The position numbers and the translations under genes are program-made. From assembly GCA_044892525.1 (NCBI GenBank), contig CM097885.1, positions 49,478,001 through 49,538,000 on the forward strand: a DNA stretch of 60,000 bases, given 5' to 3'. Of this stretch, positions 27,703 to 41,559 are shown in pieces. The notes under the pieces were generated by a model that was not told where the DNA came from, made no database searches, and was given only the letters and a program-made list of their open reading frames with translations. The DNA is from Schmidtea polychroa (Eukaryota). The stretch's first letter is position 1. Each line of letters begins with the position of its first letter.

Positions 27703-29309
27703 GCTTCTAGGACATTTACCCCCCGGACATTTACCCCCGGACATTTACCCCCGGACAATTACCCCCGAACAAAAAACCCCCAGGACAATAACCCCCCAGA
27801 ACAATAACCCCCGGATAATAACCCCTAAAAAAATTTCATAACCGCGTCCTAGAAAAATTTCATTTGAATTATTCATTATTCATTATTCTTTTAAATTTAA
27901 ATAAATAAAAAATACTCATCAAAAATTTAGTTAAAATTATATATGAATTAATGTTATTTTCCAGGTTATTTTTGCCTCATTCCTGATACTTCATTATTAA
28001 ATTTTTCGGATTTTCCGAAAATAAAATTATTTTTAAATGATTTGTTCCTTAAAATATTATTAATAAAAATTCTAATATTCATTCATGGGTGTTTTGGCTA
28101 TTTTATTGTTAAATAAGTAAAATTAATGTAATACAATTTAACTTTTTAATTGCCTGATACTTAATTATTAAATTTTTCGGAATTTCCAATGATTAGGTAT
28201 AGATTTTGTCGAATCGGAGGTACTTGTGTTTATTTAGCGATAGTTGGTGTTTTTTTTTTTAAAAAACTATTTTTGAATTGCTTTTTTTACATAATATTTT
28301 GTTTGTTAGTTTTAAGGTAATAATTTTTTTTTTATTTTTTAAAGTTCAGTTATTTTAGGTAACCAAAAATGAAATTATGTTTTAGGAATGAAAATTATTT
28401 TTAATCAGTATAACATACTATTTCGAGTGGATAAGTGGTGACTTAGAGTGATTTTTAAAAAAAAATAAATATTCAATATTATAGACCATCCATTAAAATT
28501 AAATATGGAATTTCTGAAATCAAATAGAGGAGCGGAAAAAGTAGTTTTCGAAGGTTATATATATTTGAAGCAGAAAAATTTGGCTAATGGGGTTGTCTCA
28601 TTTGAATGTGAAAAAAGGCGTAACAAGGCTGAGTGCAAAGCAAAAATTAAAGTTCGTGGTGAAGATCTTGTGGGGCGCTTTAATGACCATTCTCATGGTC
28701 CAGATCCAGCACAAAAGGAAGTGCTGAAATCAGTTCAAAAAATGAAAAGATTAGCAGAAGAAACTGAAGAAACGCCTCAGCAGATAATTACGCAATCTGT
28801 TTCTACAATAAGTGAAAGTGCAAAAGCAAAGCTGACAACATTACATCATTTACGTCGTAATATTAGACGTCAGCGTTAAGTTGTCAACAACCCTTTACCA
28901 GTTCCACTGAATGTTGACGCCATTGTGATTCCAGAACGTTATAAAGTAACAACTGATGGCCAGAATTTTCTTCTGTTTGATTCTGGTACAGATAGTAATA
29001 ATAGAATGTTGATATTTGGAACAGATAACAATTTAAAACTTTTGGAATCAACATTTCACTGGTTTATGGATGGAACTTTTAAAACAGCTCCTATGCTTTT
29101 TTATAAAAATATGTTTTTTTTTATGAGTTTGTTTTTTTTATTGTACGGGGGTTAGTGTCTGGGGAGTAATTGTCGCGGGGGTAATTGTCCGGGGGTAAAT
29201 GTCCGGGTTTTTGTCTGGGGGGTAATTGTCCGGGGGTAAATGTCCGGGGGTAATTGTCCGGGGGTAAATGTCCGGGGGTAAATGTCCGGGGGGTAATTGT
29301 CCTGTTACC
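27703..29309 (+). mobile_element. Mutator-superfamily (FLYWCH-MULE, Phantom/foldback-like) element, internally deleted
   Basis: Perfect 9-bp TSD GATATTTTA (27694-27702, 29310-29318). The termini consist of inverted tandem arrays of the 14-15-bp unit GGACA(T/A)TTACCCCC(C). Confidence 0.92.
28505..29105 (+). pseudogene. FLYWCH zinc finger plus start of MULE transposase, with one in-frame stop, truncated
   Basis: SNRGAEKVVFEGYIY..FECEKR..CKAKIK..DHSHGP. The TAA at 28877-28879 is followed in the same frame by FLLFDSG..RMLIFGT..WFMDGTFKTAP (first catalytic Asp), then the deletion. Confidence 0.88.
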
Positions 29310-31068
29310 GATATTTTATTCACACGCACAATAATTTTCATTTTAATTTTTAACAATTAATCGATAAAAATACTTTAAACACAAAATTATTTAACTTAAT
29401 AAATAAACCATTTAATACATTTGAAAACAACAGAAGCAATCCACATAACCTAAATTTACAACCAAAACTATTTAAAAGCATTCGAAACACAAGTGTTCAC
29501 AGTATTTTGCACATTTATATTTCGACCCAATAATACTATCAACAAACTTTACTTATTATATATTCCCAATAATTATAAAAAAAATTTAAATCAGGTATAC
29601 TTATTTTACTCATTCATCTTTGATTGTGTTTACTAATATTGGCCAAACTAATCTAATTTATGGCTAGGGATTTCCGTATATCAATTAAATAAATTTATGT
29701 TTTTGGAATATCTTTTTCTGTGGACCTCCATTAAAATTTATATTGTGAAGTACTTTAATAAATTATTTCAATAAGTTCAAATAAATGTAAAGAATATGAT
29801 TGTATAAGAAATAAAGCTAACTTTTCATTTTTAAACTAAGAAAATAATTTATTATATATTACATTTTTAGAGACAAATTTGGCAATGAGATCTGTTATAT
29901 TCATTTTTACTGCCTTATCTTTTTCTATTGACAGAAGGGCTAAGTCATTTAGTCGTTATTAACTAATTGAACTTCTTTAGCGATTCCGTATACTTTTTAA
30001 TTTACAACTTTTAACAACATTCTTACGGTACTTTTTAGCATGTTTTATTAAGTGGTGGGTTGAATGCGGGTTGTTTTAGATAAATTTAATTTTGCTTTAA
30101 CTATTTGATAATTTAAAGATAATTTTATTTAAGAATGAGCCTCATTTTGATGCTCCAAATCATGGCTTGGTTTTAGTACCCCATTGTGACACCTCTGATT
30201 TTCATTGGAAATATATATAAAATTTGGAATTCAATCAGTTTATTATTTTACTATAGTACGGACATAAACAGTAAGATTCAAAATTGATTTCATTTCCGCC
30301 TCTCTCATCAGAAAATCAAAACCAATAAGGAAAACCCATTTTCACTTTTAATTATATTTTAATTAAATAATCAGGTAATTTAACAGGTTTCACTGTTGGT
30401 TCATAGATAATATAATCCAAAGATCAAAATTAATTGAGCCTGTAAAGCATAAAACAACATTCACTGCTATATATAAAACGTATTTTAATTTAATTTACAT
30501 TTTAAACATTTAATTATGCAATTTACTCCTCTTGTCTTTGACAGTCAATTAGGATAAATTGTGTGTGAACATAAGACTAATAAGTAAAATATATTCATTA
30601 TTATTGGTTTTATCAATCTCTTCAAAAACAAATCAAATAAATTTGAGCAGCACCGAAGTTTCCATTTCTATTGGATGATTGAATTCCACATCTTTGGACC
30701 AAGTGTATTTGGCATTTTGTAAATTTTTCTTCACAAAACATTTCTTTGAAATCGACTCCCTTATTTTCAGGTTGTTTGAGTATTCAGTTGCGATGGATCA
30801 GCCTTCATTATAAGACCGGAATTTGTTTTTTACATATACATTGACTGGACGTTCTGTGATCCGACGATAAGTAGACATCAGCAGCAGCTTTAAAAAGGTT
30901 TCAATTGTAATATACATCCGATATAGGGATGAAGTGGTTCATTGTTCCACAAATTGTTATGATTCCAGAGTTTTTAGTACATTTTTTTATGTTAGTTTAG
31001 AAATAAAACTTAGCAGATAATGATAATATTTAAACAACGTAAACTTTGTTTATTTCATCAATGATGAA

Positions 31069-31425
31069 CAACGTTCCCTCTAAGCTGCGCGCGTGCGCGC
31101 GCGCAGCAAAATTATTTTCAGCGCAGTATATTTAATTCAACCGTTTCATGGCAGTTGTTCCTAGTAAAAAGCACACGGAAATTGTCGATGTAAATGGACC
31201 ACCAGCAGCGAATTTTTGATACTCAATATTATTATGTGGTTCATTTTGAATATTTAAAATTTTTCAATGTTAATAACTAGATGCATAATAACGGTATATT
31301 TCTGTAGTGTCGTTTTAAAACTCTTACAACCACGTTATAGCATTTTGACGCTCATTTGTATTTAAAGGCTGCTCAGCACAGCTGACTTTGCGCGCACTGC
31401 TGCTTATGGCTTAGAGGGAACATTG
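31069..31425. mobile_element. hAT-type MITE
   Basis: TIRs CAACGTTCCCTCTAAG / CTTAGAGGGAACATTG. Perfect 8-bp TSD ATGATGAA. Confidence 0.92.
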
Positions 31426-32940
31426 ATGATGAATTTGTGATTTTTAATTTAAATAATTAATGAAAACTTAATAAAATTAAATAACATTAAATGTGAATGT
31501 TTCCGGTACTACAAATTGTTTTATTACATTTCATGATTTAAATTTTTCATCGAAATTCTTTTTTAAATTTATTACTAACATCATCTTCCTATATATTTCT
31601 CATCGTTTTTTATCTTGCATATCAATTTCATTCATATTTCAAAGTATTTTAATTTTGTAATATTTGATTACTTTATTCCTTTGAGGAGCGGAAGTGTCTA
31701 TCGGACACATTTTAAAATTTATATGTGTTTACGTATTATTTATAGACACATCAAAAAAATTATACTAAATATACAATGTAATAGTTTATATAAAAAGAAA
31801 TTAAATGAAAAATTTAAAGAAACTTAAAACGTTTTCCTACTATTATTTATATAAGTATCTGTTGGACACTATCGGCTTTTAGCGTTATTTTTTCTGGTCT
31901 TTTAAGGGTTATTTATTGAGATTAATAAAACCAATTAGTATTCCGAAGATTAAATTTTATTTTATTGTTGTAATCTTTTTTGAAAAATATGTTTAACTAA
32001 TTATATAATAAAAATAAGTTGATTTTTAAAGTGTTTACAGTCAAATTTGCAAACTAGTGTAATGTAATAAACTGTTTTGATAACATTCAATAATAATTTT
32101 CATCATTAATAGTTGACAATTAAAACAATATGCAACACATTCCACTCGAATGATAAATGAAGATAATTAATGTTTACGGTATTTCTGTTAATTGCAGTGT
32201 TTTTTTAAATATATAATGAAAAGATTTATATTTTTCAAATTGAAAATCCAAAACAGAAAAATAATTCATTTTCTTCCGTAAAGTTTCCCATCCAATGAAA
32301 TTTTGCCAGATTTTCTTCATTTCGATAACCAGTCAATCCGTTACATTACGTTGATAATAGTGAAACTAATATATTGCTTCAAGATATAATTACTATTGAT
32401 ACAAACAAAATATTTGAATTAATCTAAACATTTCGATTGGTTGATTCATATAATTAAAAATAATCAGCCTTATAAATATTTAAATGAAAAATTTACATTT
32501 GTAATTTGTATTTGGAAAATATTAGAAAATGTTATTGATGATTCAATTTCCAATTATAATTTTTGAAAGAGAAAAAAGAAATGTTAAAAAATCTAGTAAA
32601 ATGGCGTCATACATAATTTATACGTTGAATTTATATATTATAGTTTCTTGATATAATAAATATTTGATTTTTGTAAATGAATAATTTACTAATAAATTAA
32701 CAATGTATAATAACTAAAGTTTAGCAAATTCGAAAAAGAAAAGTTGTAAATATATTGAAACTTATTTTAATTTAAAATATTGAAAATTTAAATTTCTTTG
32801 ATTTTATTTGAAAAAAAGTATTTTAATATGTTTAATTTATTTAAAGTGAAGAATACAAAAAAAGGAAAATAAAGATTAAATTAGATAGACAGAGAGAAAG
32901 AAATATCAGTCAAATTTTGCATTGTAGAAAACAGTAACTA

Positions 32941-33051
<111 letters not shown>

Positions 33052-33082
33052 AAAATGAATTTCTTTAACTCTTCAATTTTAC

Positions 33083-33328
33083 TTGGTTTGAACAATTGAG
33101 CATGACAATTATTGCAGTGAATTGCATTACATTGAGCATGTATCAACCATGTGCTGATGAAAGTTGCGAAACATCCAAATGTCGAATAATGCAGGCATTT
33201 GATTATATTATATTTGCCTTTTTCACTTGCGAAATGATTGTCAAGATTATTGCAATGGGATTTCTAGGAGATTTGGGATATTTCGGTGATACATGGAATC
33301 GGTTAGACATGTTTATAGTAATTGCTGG
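33083..33328 (+). CDS. Cav3: Cav3 coding exon 2 (IS1-IS3)
   Basis: WFEQLSMTIIAVNCITLSMYQPC..CRIMQAFDYIIFAFFTCEMIVKIIAMGFLGDLGYFGDTWNRLDMFIVIAG. Donor GTAAGT at 33329. Confidence 0.96.
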
Positions 33329-34324
33329 GTAAGTTCATTTGATTATTTGTTTCTCTTCTGATATTGTATTGTCAATTTCAAATATTATATAATAAAGTTT
33401 AAAATTTAATTTTAATAATTGTTTAAATGTAATTTTAAAATAAACAAGTTTTTAAAGGTAAGTTTCGTCAATTTGTAGATTTTAAGTATTAGTTATTAAA
33501 ATTTATTAGCAATTTATTAATAATTCAAATTTCTTTGTGTGAAAATTGAAAAAGAATATTAATTTATAATTTTAATATTGTTTTAATATAGTTTTTTAAG
33601 AAAAACGTAATCAAAATTTATAATAGTCCATCAATTGTGTAGAGGATAAAATATTTTACTGAGTATACTTAATTTTAATATAAATAATTTTTACATGAGA
33701 GCAAGATAGGATTACGGACAAGTCTAAAAATCAATAAATACAAAGATAAAAATTTAACATGCCACCCACTGAATTAATTATGCCTATGTTGAAATTAAAC
33801 TTTGTTTAATTTACTTCAGTTTGATTCCTTTTGGGAATTAGTTGAAAATTACTATGTTCCCATCTATTGTTCAGAAACCCAGGCAGATATGGAATGAGAA
33901 AATTGACTTTTTGTCTAGTACAAAGTAATATTAATAAAAAAATATTTTTAAACGATCTCAATTCAATGTCGCCTATTTTGAAATTATCTAAAAGGACAGG
34001 TATTTAATAATTTAATCTTTACATATTAATATCAATTTCCATTATTTTTATACCAGACTGTAAATCATTATTTATATTTATTTAACACAAATTTTCAACT
34101 CATTGCCATATAAACTTTGCAGATCGGATACTTAAAATCCATTCCATATTAAAGAATCTTTATGATTTTCAAAATTTATATTTCTAGAATGACATTTCGC
34201 AACATATTTATAGATTTCTAACTTTTTTGTAGCTTTAGATGCTTTCTTGTTTTATTGAAATTCATATAACATATCAATTAGAAAATAAAGACTTTCTGTA
34301 TTTCACCACTGATTTCTTTTCCAA

Positions 34325-34785
34325 TGATATTGTATTTATTAAAAATCTTAACTATGAATCAGTAAATATATCGATATATTTACTAATTCATAGTCAAGCT
34401 TTTTAATAAATACAATCTCTGTAATAAGTTTAAATTTATAAGTTTAATTATTAATTTAAATGAAAATTATAAATCAATTTCTTTTTTTTCTATCCATGAC
34501 TTAAACGAAAGATTCAAACAAATCAAAATTGCAGAAGATAATATTAATATTATTATTATATTGTATTTATTAATAAACTTGACTATGAACCAGTAAAGAT
34601 ATCGATGTTTTTTTGAAATTCACGAATTTTCGGCATTGCCTTTTTCAAGGGGTTTTAATCCATAATTGGATCAAAATGACTTGAAAAGGGCAGTGCCGAA
34701 AATTCGTGTATATCAAAAACATCAATATATTTACTGATTCATAGTCAATCTTTTTAATAAATACAATGTCAATTGAAAAGAAATC
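34325..34785. repeat. Two related palindromic MITE-like units (about 34325-34420 and 34557-34785)
   Basis: ATTGTATTTATTAA..CTT(G/A)ACTATGAA..CAGTAAA and its reverse complement. A related piece lies at about 25625-25700. Confidence 0.7.
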
Positions 34786-37700
34786 ATTGGTAAAAATTGA
34801 AAAATTATAATTATAATTATTATTAATATTATTTTCAGCCTTAAGAAAATCACAATGAATGGGCATTGTTATATTTTAACTCGTTTTTTACTCTTAGTGG
34901 AATGTTTTGTTTTAAATATGTTTTAAAGCAAATGTAATCTTTTGTAATTTAATAATTTTAAAATAACTACAATTTATCATACTCAATATTTTCTATAATC
35001 AGCTTTTTCTAAATGCTTCATTCTAGAATACAAAATAATTGTTGTTTATATAGTGCCCTAGAATTAATATGGAATTATTAAATAATAATGGTAATATTCT
35101 AAAAATAAACAAAATATTATTGTATTATAAAAATATTGTGATTCATTCTAATTTCTGGTCCATAAACGAGAAGCGAAAAAAATTGGGCATAACTTTTTTT
35201 GAGATCATGACTAAGTCAACAATTAGGTGCATGAGTTATTCTTAGTACATTACGCTGCTATTGCTAGGAAGTAAGATATTATGCTAATCAAACATGAAAA
35301 GGAGAATTTTTAAAAGCTGAAAAACGACATGAACATAAAAGTATTTGTCAGAAATGCTATAATTATAAAAAAATAAAGCAGGTGATCTAGTGAGTAAATG
35401 AAGTTTTGACATGATATTATGAACTAATAAGAATAGTGAAATTGAAATTTACTTATAATAAGAATCTTTTGCATGTCGCTTCTGCTAATCTTTAAGCAGA
35501 ATTAAATTAAATATAAAATTAATTAATTTTTATAAATTTCTTAATAACTCTCGGGTATTTTCACTTCACTTCACAAATTTTGTAAATTGTTTCATAAATC
35601 TTTTTAAATTACTTATGGTAGTGATATAATAAAAACAGGAATGAGCAAACCTTAGCGTGCAAGGCTTTTTAGTCATTACTTAAATTATAGAAATTCTCTA
35701 TTTTAGTATATCTTAACCTATGGATTATACCTCCAATAAAAGTTGGCGGTTATTTGTTATGTATTTTATTCCTACTAATTTTCCTTGAAATCTAATTAAT
35801 TTCGTCCTTGAAAGTTGCTGGAACTTATGATATCAAAAGATCAAAGTACTTGAAAGGTTTATTAATCACTTCTTTTAAAATGCTTTTGAAAGAACAATAC
35901 TCCAAGTACAAAGTTTTAATTTTCAAATTATTTGCTATATTTACAAATAATTACTATTACGACAAAATAGTTTTATAATTTAGGATTTATTTTGAATAAC
36001 GGAAATCAAATCAAATTATTATGGTAAGTATTAAGCAGTTCACTTGAAATATTTCAGACTTTCACGAGGTACTTTTAGAAAATCTTTGTAGTAATTCAGA
36101 TTCAGATTTGAAATCTTTTATTCACTAATCTGTAATCACGTTTATAATTTTTAGAAATTATCTAATTATTAATGATTTTTTGTAAATAATCGGAATATTA
36201 TGCTTTTGCACCCTTCAAGAATAAAAAAACTTATGAAATAATACAAAGTTTATAAACATTAAATTTGTTTTGACACGTTTTGGAATACTCACCTGGTGAA
36301 AAAAGTATTTAAATCATTTTGATCAAGATTTTAAATGGGAACAAATGTGTCTTGTGGCTGTGAAAGGGTTAATGAAATAATTAAATTGAATAAGGTATGA
36401 TAAGTGATTATTCATGATTCATAACATTTATATACGAAAACTATAAAGTCTCAAGTAATGATTTGATTACTATTACAAAATGACAATACATTTTACCTAG
36501 AATAAATGAGTGAAATCGAAATTATTTATCATCATTTTAAATCACAAATATTCGACTGAACAATGTCTAATAATCACTTTGGGATGTCTTATCTTTCTGT
36601 CATTAAAGTTATGGCGGGTTTCCAAATTTCTTTCCGTAGATCTTGTTTATTTGAATAAAATGACTGTCATAGACCAATTCAGACAAAAGATACCTATTTA
36701 CGTATTTCGGTTCCAATAATGTTATTATTCAAATGCATAGTATAGCAATTAAAATGTTAATGAAATAAAATAGACTATTAGTTTATTATGTATTTACCTA
36801 AATTACTAACTTCATATACAAATGTAAATGTTGAATTTCTATAGGTTTCGGTAGTATTATAATTTTAATCTGACTTCACTTGTTATTTTATTTATTAATG
36901 TAACTTAACAGATAACAAATATAATTTCAATAAAAATTTTGAGTGATTTTCACAACTATTTTCAAAGTAATTTCAATCAACAAACCTTTGAATAATTCTA
37001 TTCAAACAAGTTCACTTGAAAAATTATTTGGATGGAAAATTTTATGTCTAGCAATATAATTAAGAGATTTATATTGAAATATTTTAGTTTACACCCTTTT
37101 CAAATTCAATCTGCTATAAGCAGAAATATGTATACACTGCCCGATGAATCCAGACATACTAACTTGAGGCATACAGTCAAAACCACCAGACAAATCGAAA
37201 AACATACAATTCTATCCACTAACATCATGATAAATAAGCACAAGATTTTAAGTTAATTACGTATTCGTGTATTTTCCTTGCAACTACATAAAATGTTACG
37301 TGAATACTATGTCAAAATTGGATGCTTATAAAAGATTAAATTTGGCAATGATGTAATTTTTAGCCAATAGATATTATAAATTATGCTTTATACATTTGAC
37401 AATAATGATTAGAAGTACAAGCAAAGTGAAATTTTATAAAATCGTCTATGCGTGAAAAATTATTTACTTTAACATTGCCAAATTGCCTAAGAAAAATTTT
37501 TCGATGCTCGTAATTTTGATAAATTTGTATATGTCACAGACTTCGTCAGAGTCGATTAGAATATGCTTTCTAAATGGCGTGTATAAATCTCATTTTATCA
37601 TTAGACGTAATAGCTGACATAAATAACCTCCAAAGATTTTGAAACAAACGTATTATCATTAATTAAATACATTTAAATATATTTTCAATCCCATTTATCT

Positions 37701-38564
37701 TGTAAACAAAAGTGAATATAGATTTTCACCGACCCAGGGGCAATTTAAATTTAATTTTATTAAAACAAAAATCTCAATGATTAAAGAATTTATTTTCATT
37801 ATGTTTAAATACCCCATTTATTATGATGAAAAATCTTTTAAAAATAATAATATATTTTTCATTAGCAATTTCTTTCAGTTTACAGTAAAATAATATTTTT
37901 CTAAAATTTAAATAAAAAAATTCAAATAAGAAATAATAAATTAATTCAAGTCTTAAAAATTTACATAAAAATTTAATTCTCTCGAAATTGTTCCCTAAAC
38001 GGATTTTTAATATCAATAAATCAATTGATAAAATTCATTGATTATTAGCATTCGATTTGTGTACTATTGATTTTGATTTAGTGCAATTTTTTACATTTTC
38101 AAGGGGTTATATAAATTTGATTTAATTTTTCTGTTGATACCTTCTTAACAACTTCCTGTATAATCGGTGGAAAGTTTTTAGGTACATTTAAACAAGAATG
38201 GTAAGGATCCTTGAAAGCTTTCAGAATGTTTTTTTATTGATTTTATCAGTGAGAAAAGAAAATAAAGGTTTTAAAGAAACAAAATAATAAAATCTAATAA
38301 TGAAGAAATGAGCAATCTTTTCATGATTATTCTAAATCAATATTAGAATGAAGAAAACATATAATAATGCCAAAATTTCTAGTGTTTTGTGTTAAAAAAT
38401 TTTATTCTAAATAGCTTTTCTTTAAACCATCCTATCTTCTAAATGTATATATTTCCTTTAATCTAATAAAAATTAGGATCATTGTTATATAAATGAAAGT
38501 TTTCATAATATTATTATTATAATTAGTATAAAATGATGATTGCTTGGTAGCAGCATTTATTATT

Positions 38565-38742
38565 TAAAACAATAAAATGATAATTTAAGCCTTTTGCTGC
38601 AAATAATGTATTTAATGAAAGAATTTTCGACTATAAGATAGTCCTTGTCAATTGATTGACAATGACTATCTTATAGTCGAAAATTCTTTCATTAAATACA
38701 TTATTTGCAGCCAAAGGTTTAAATTATCATTTTATTGTTTTA
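38565..38742. repeat. Near-perfect palindrome, about 88-bp arms, almost no spacer
   Basis: ..GCAAATAATGTATTTAATGAAAGAATTTTCGACTATAAGATAGTC CTTGTCAAT TG ATTGACAAT GACTATCTTATAGTCGAAAATTCTTTCATTAAATACATTATTTGC.. Confidence 0.92.
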
Positions 38743-39133
38743 TTATTATAATTGCTGTGAAAAAATGATTGAAAATACCAAAAAATATTTTTTTCAAAAT
38801 ATGATTCGGCAGACGTCGATAACACCTTTTGCTATTAGCAAAATCTGTAAAAAAAATTTGCGTTTAAATCTTAAATTACTATCCGATTGAATGAGTAAAA
38901 AAAAATCTATCAAAAATATTATGTCTGTCTCTATTATTAGTTAAAGTGTTCTCCTGAATCAGTGAAGCGTGAATTAATTATCAAAATTAGAAATCTTGAA
39001 AAATAAATATTGCATTCAATAAAATTGTATTGAAAATTGAAAAAAAAAACTTTTGTTTAATTAAAATGAAATTAAAAATTATTCTTTCTATTAATTTTAG
39101 AATTTTCTGAAAAAAATAAAATTTCTCTTTTAG

Positions 39134-39231
39134 GTCAATTGAACTTCTTCCATTCACCGGTAATATTAGCCTCACAGCAATCAGAACGATAAGAGTGCTC
39201 AGGCCGTTACGCGCTATCAACAGAATACCAA
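39134..39231 (+). CDS. Cav3: Cav3 coding exon 3 (IS3-S4 loop and S4 voltage sensor)
   Basis: Acceptor TTTTAG, peptide [32 protein letters not shown], donor GTATGT. Not in the ORF track on this strand. Confidence 0.96.
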
Positions 39232-40588
39232 GTATGTTTCTGTTGAATTTATTACCAATTAATTAATTCAGAGAGCTGAATGGATATTATGATTTAAATG
39301 CTTTTGAGTTAATAAATATATCTCTAAGCTAAAACAAAAACATAAGAAAAAACTCGTTTGTAATTCAAAAATAAAATTAATGCGTTTTGTAGAGCATGAA
39401 TATTAATTAAGAATTATTCCCAAAATGCAGAACGTTTTTGCAAATCAAATGAAGCAAGCAAATCATTCGCTTTTGGTATTTTGTTTAATGTAAATTCAAT
39501 GCGATTCGTTAAGGGACATCCTTGCAATAAAGTGACTAATAGAACCATATTAATAATTCACATTCAATGACTTTGTCCGATTTTTAATTATTCATAGCAC
39601 ATTAATTTGATAATTTCCCATTTCTCTGACAATTCAAATAATGTTATAAAAAATTCTTCTCTAGCTGATCTGGAAGTGCCAAATAAAAATCTTGAGAATA
39701 GATCTGAATAAAGATCAAAATAAGAATAATGTTATTTTAAAATGTTGGTGTTGTCAGTGAATTTAAATATTACCAATTATTAATCTGACTCCAAAGCATG
39801 CCTTGTTTAACAACAATAACAAATTTTAGACAATATATCACGTACATATTGCGATCCTTCGAGAAAATAGCATCTTCTAAAACACACCTAGGAATTCACA
39901 ACCACTCAACCGCTACCTTTGGTTTCGACCATCGGTATAATTGCTCTACTTTCTTTACTTGAAATTACTTGACATAAGCCATAAATAACTTGAATTTCGT
40001 TTTTTAATTCTGTTTTCTTCTTTTTTATTACCATTTCTTTTTAAATCGTGCTTCCCTTTTTCTTTAAAATTCACGTCTCCTTTTTCTTTATTATCAATCG
40101 AATTTTTTTTTAATTTGAGATTGTCAGTAGAATTCTTTCGGCAAAATCCTATGACATTAGAAAAATAAAATATAATAACAACTAAAAATTAATTATTATA
40201 ATATCTAAACTACAAATTTAATAGATTCTATAAGGTGTGACAATTTCGGACAACTTTGCTATAAGCGACTTTTATACATTACGAGTGGTCTGTTGGATTT
40301 TACTATTTTAAATTAGTAGGATTTTAGTTCCTTCTGACTCCACGCCTTTCTTTAGTAACAATGCACAACCAAACATAAAGTAACATTTATTTCTTTATAA
40401 AAATAATCACAGAAAATCAATATGTAAATCACTCTAAAAAGTATACCAAAATTAAACTATTCCGTCACTGACAATTTTTATAGTTGAAAATTCATTCATT
40501 TTAATAAATATATACTTCGCAACAAAACACTTAAATTATTATTTAACATTTAATTAATGCGCCGCCTGCAATAAATCATCACTTTATA

Positions 40589-40713
<125 letters not shown>

Positions 40714-41559
40714 ACGAATTTTTATTGTTATTTTATAAAAATTTTCTATTCAGAATTTTCAAACTGAGAAATAAAAGCGAAAATCTCATATAGCAATATC
40801 GACAAAATCGCGATTTCGTAAATTATCTGAAATTATGATCTCATTTGAATAATAATTATTAATGAGAAATTAAAATTAATTATTTCTCACTTTTTCTATA
40901 CAAATTTTATATTTTGTCAAAAATTTAGAAAAATCAAAAAATCATTTTACAATTCCTAGAAAAATTTTCAAAGAGAAAATTTATCTAAATTTATGTTGAT
41001 TTCAGTTTGAATTAATTTATTTTACTTTGAAATATAATTTCAATTATTTTCTTATATTTAAATATTTGAAAATAATTTAATTGTAAAAAAACGTTCAACT
41101 GTTTCTTGAAAGTTCATTTTTAAAAATATTTGTTCAAATTTTAAAATGAATTATAATTATTTAATAATCACTGCAATCTTAATTCTTAAAGCAAATCTGT
41201 ATTTTATTTACAATTAATATTTTATAAAATTAATATTAATATACTTTTAAAAAGGTAACAAAATTATATCATTTCAAAGTAAATTGATAATAAAACAGAA
41301 TAATAAAATAATAAAATTAATTTATTCGCTATTAATTAATTTGTTGTGAAAAATTATAATGTGACTTTACAGTCTCCTTTTCCATACAGACATATAATTA
41401 CACTTAATGTAAGTGCCACCATGAGATAAAATTTTGTAAAATTACATTTTTTCCAAAAATTTACTCGTTTCCGATTTTAACGGTTTCACTCTTAGATAGA
41501 TTTATAATGTATCTGAACTATAGGAAACATTTTTATGATATTTCAACATTGGATAGTTT

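Noticed and set aside
29138..29356. Pro-rich 72-aa ORF
   Set aside because: It is a translation of the Mutator terminal tandem repeats.
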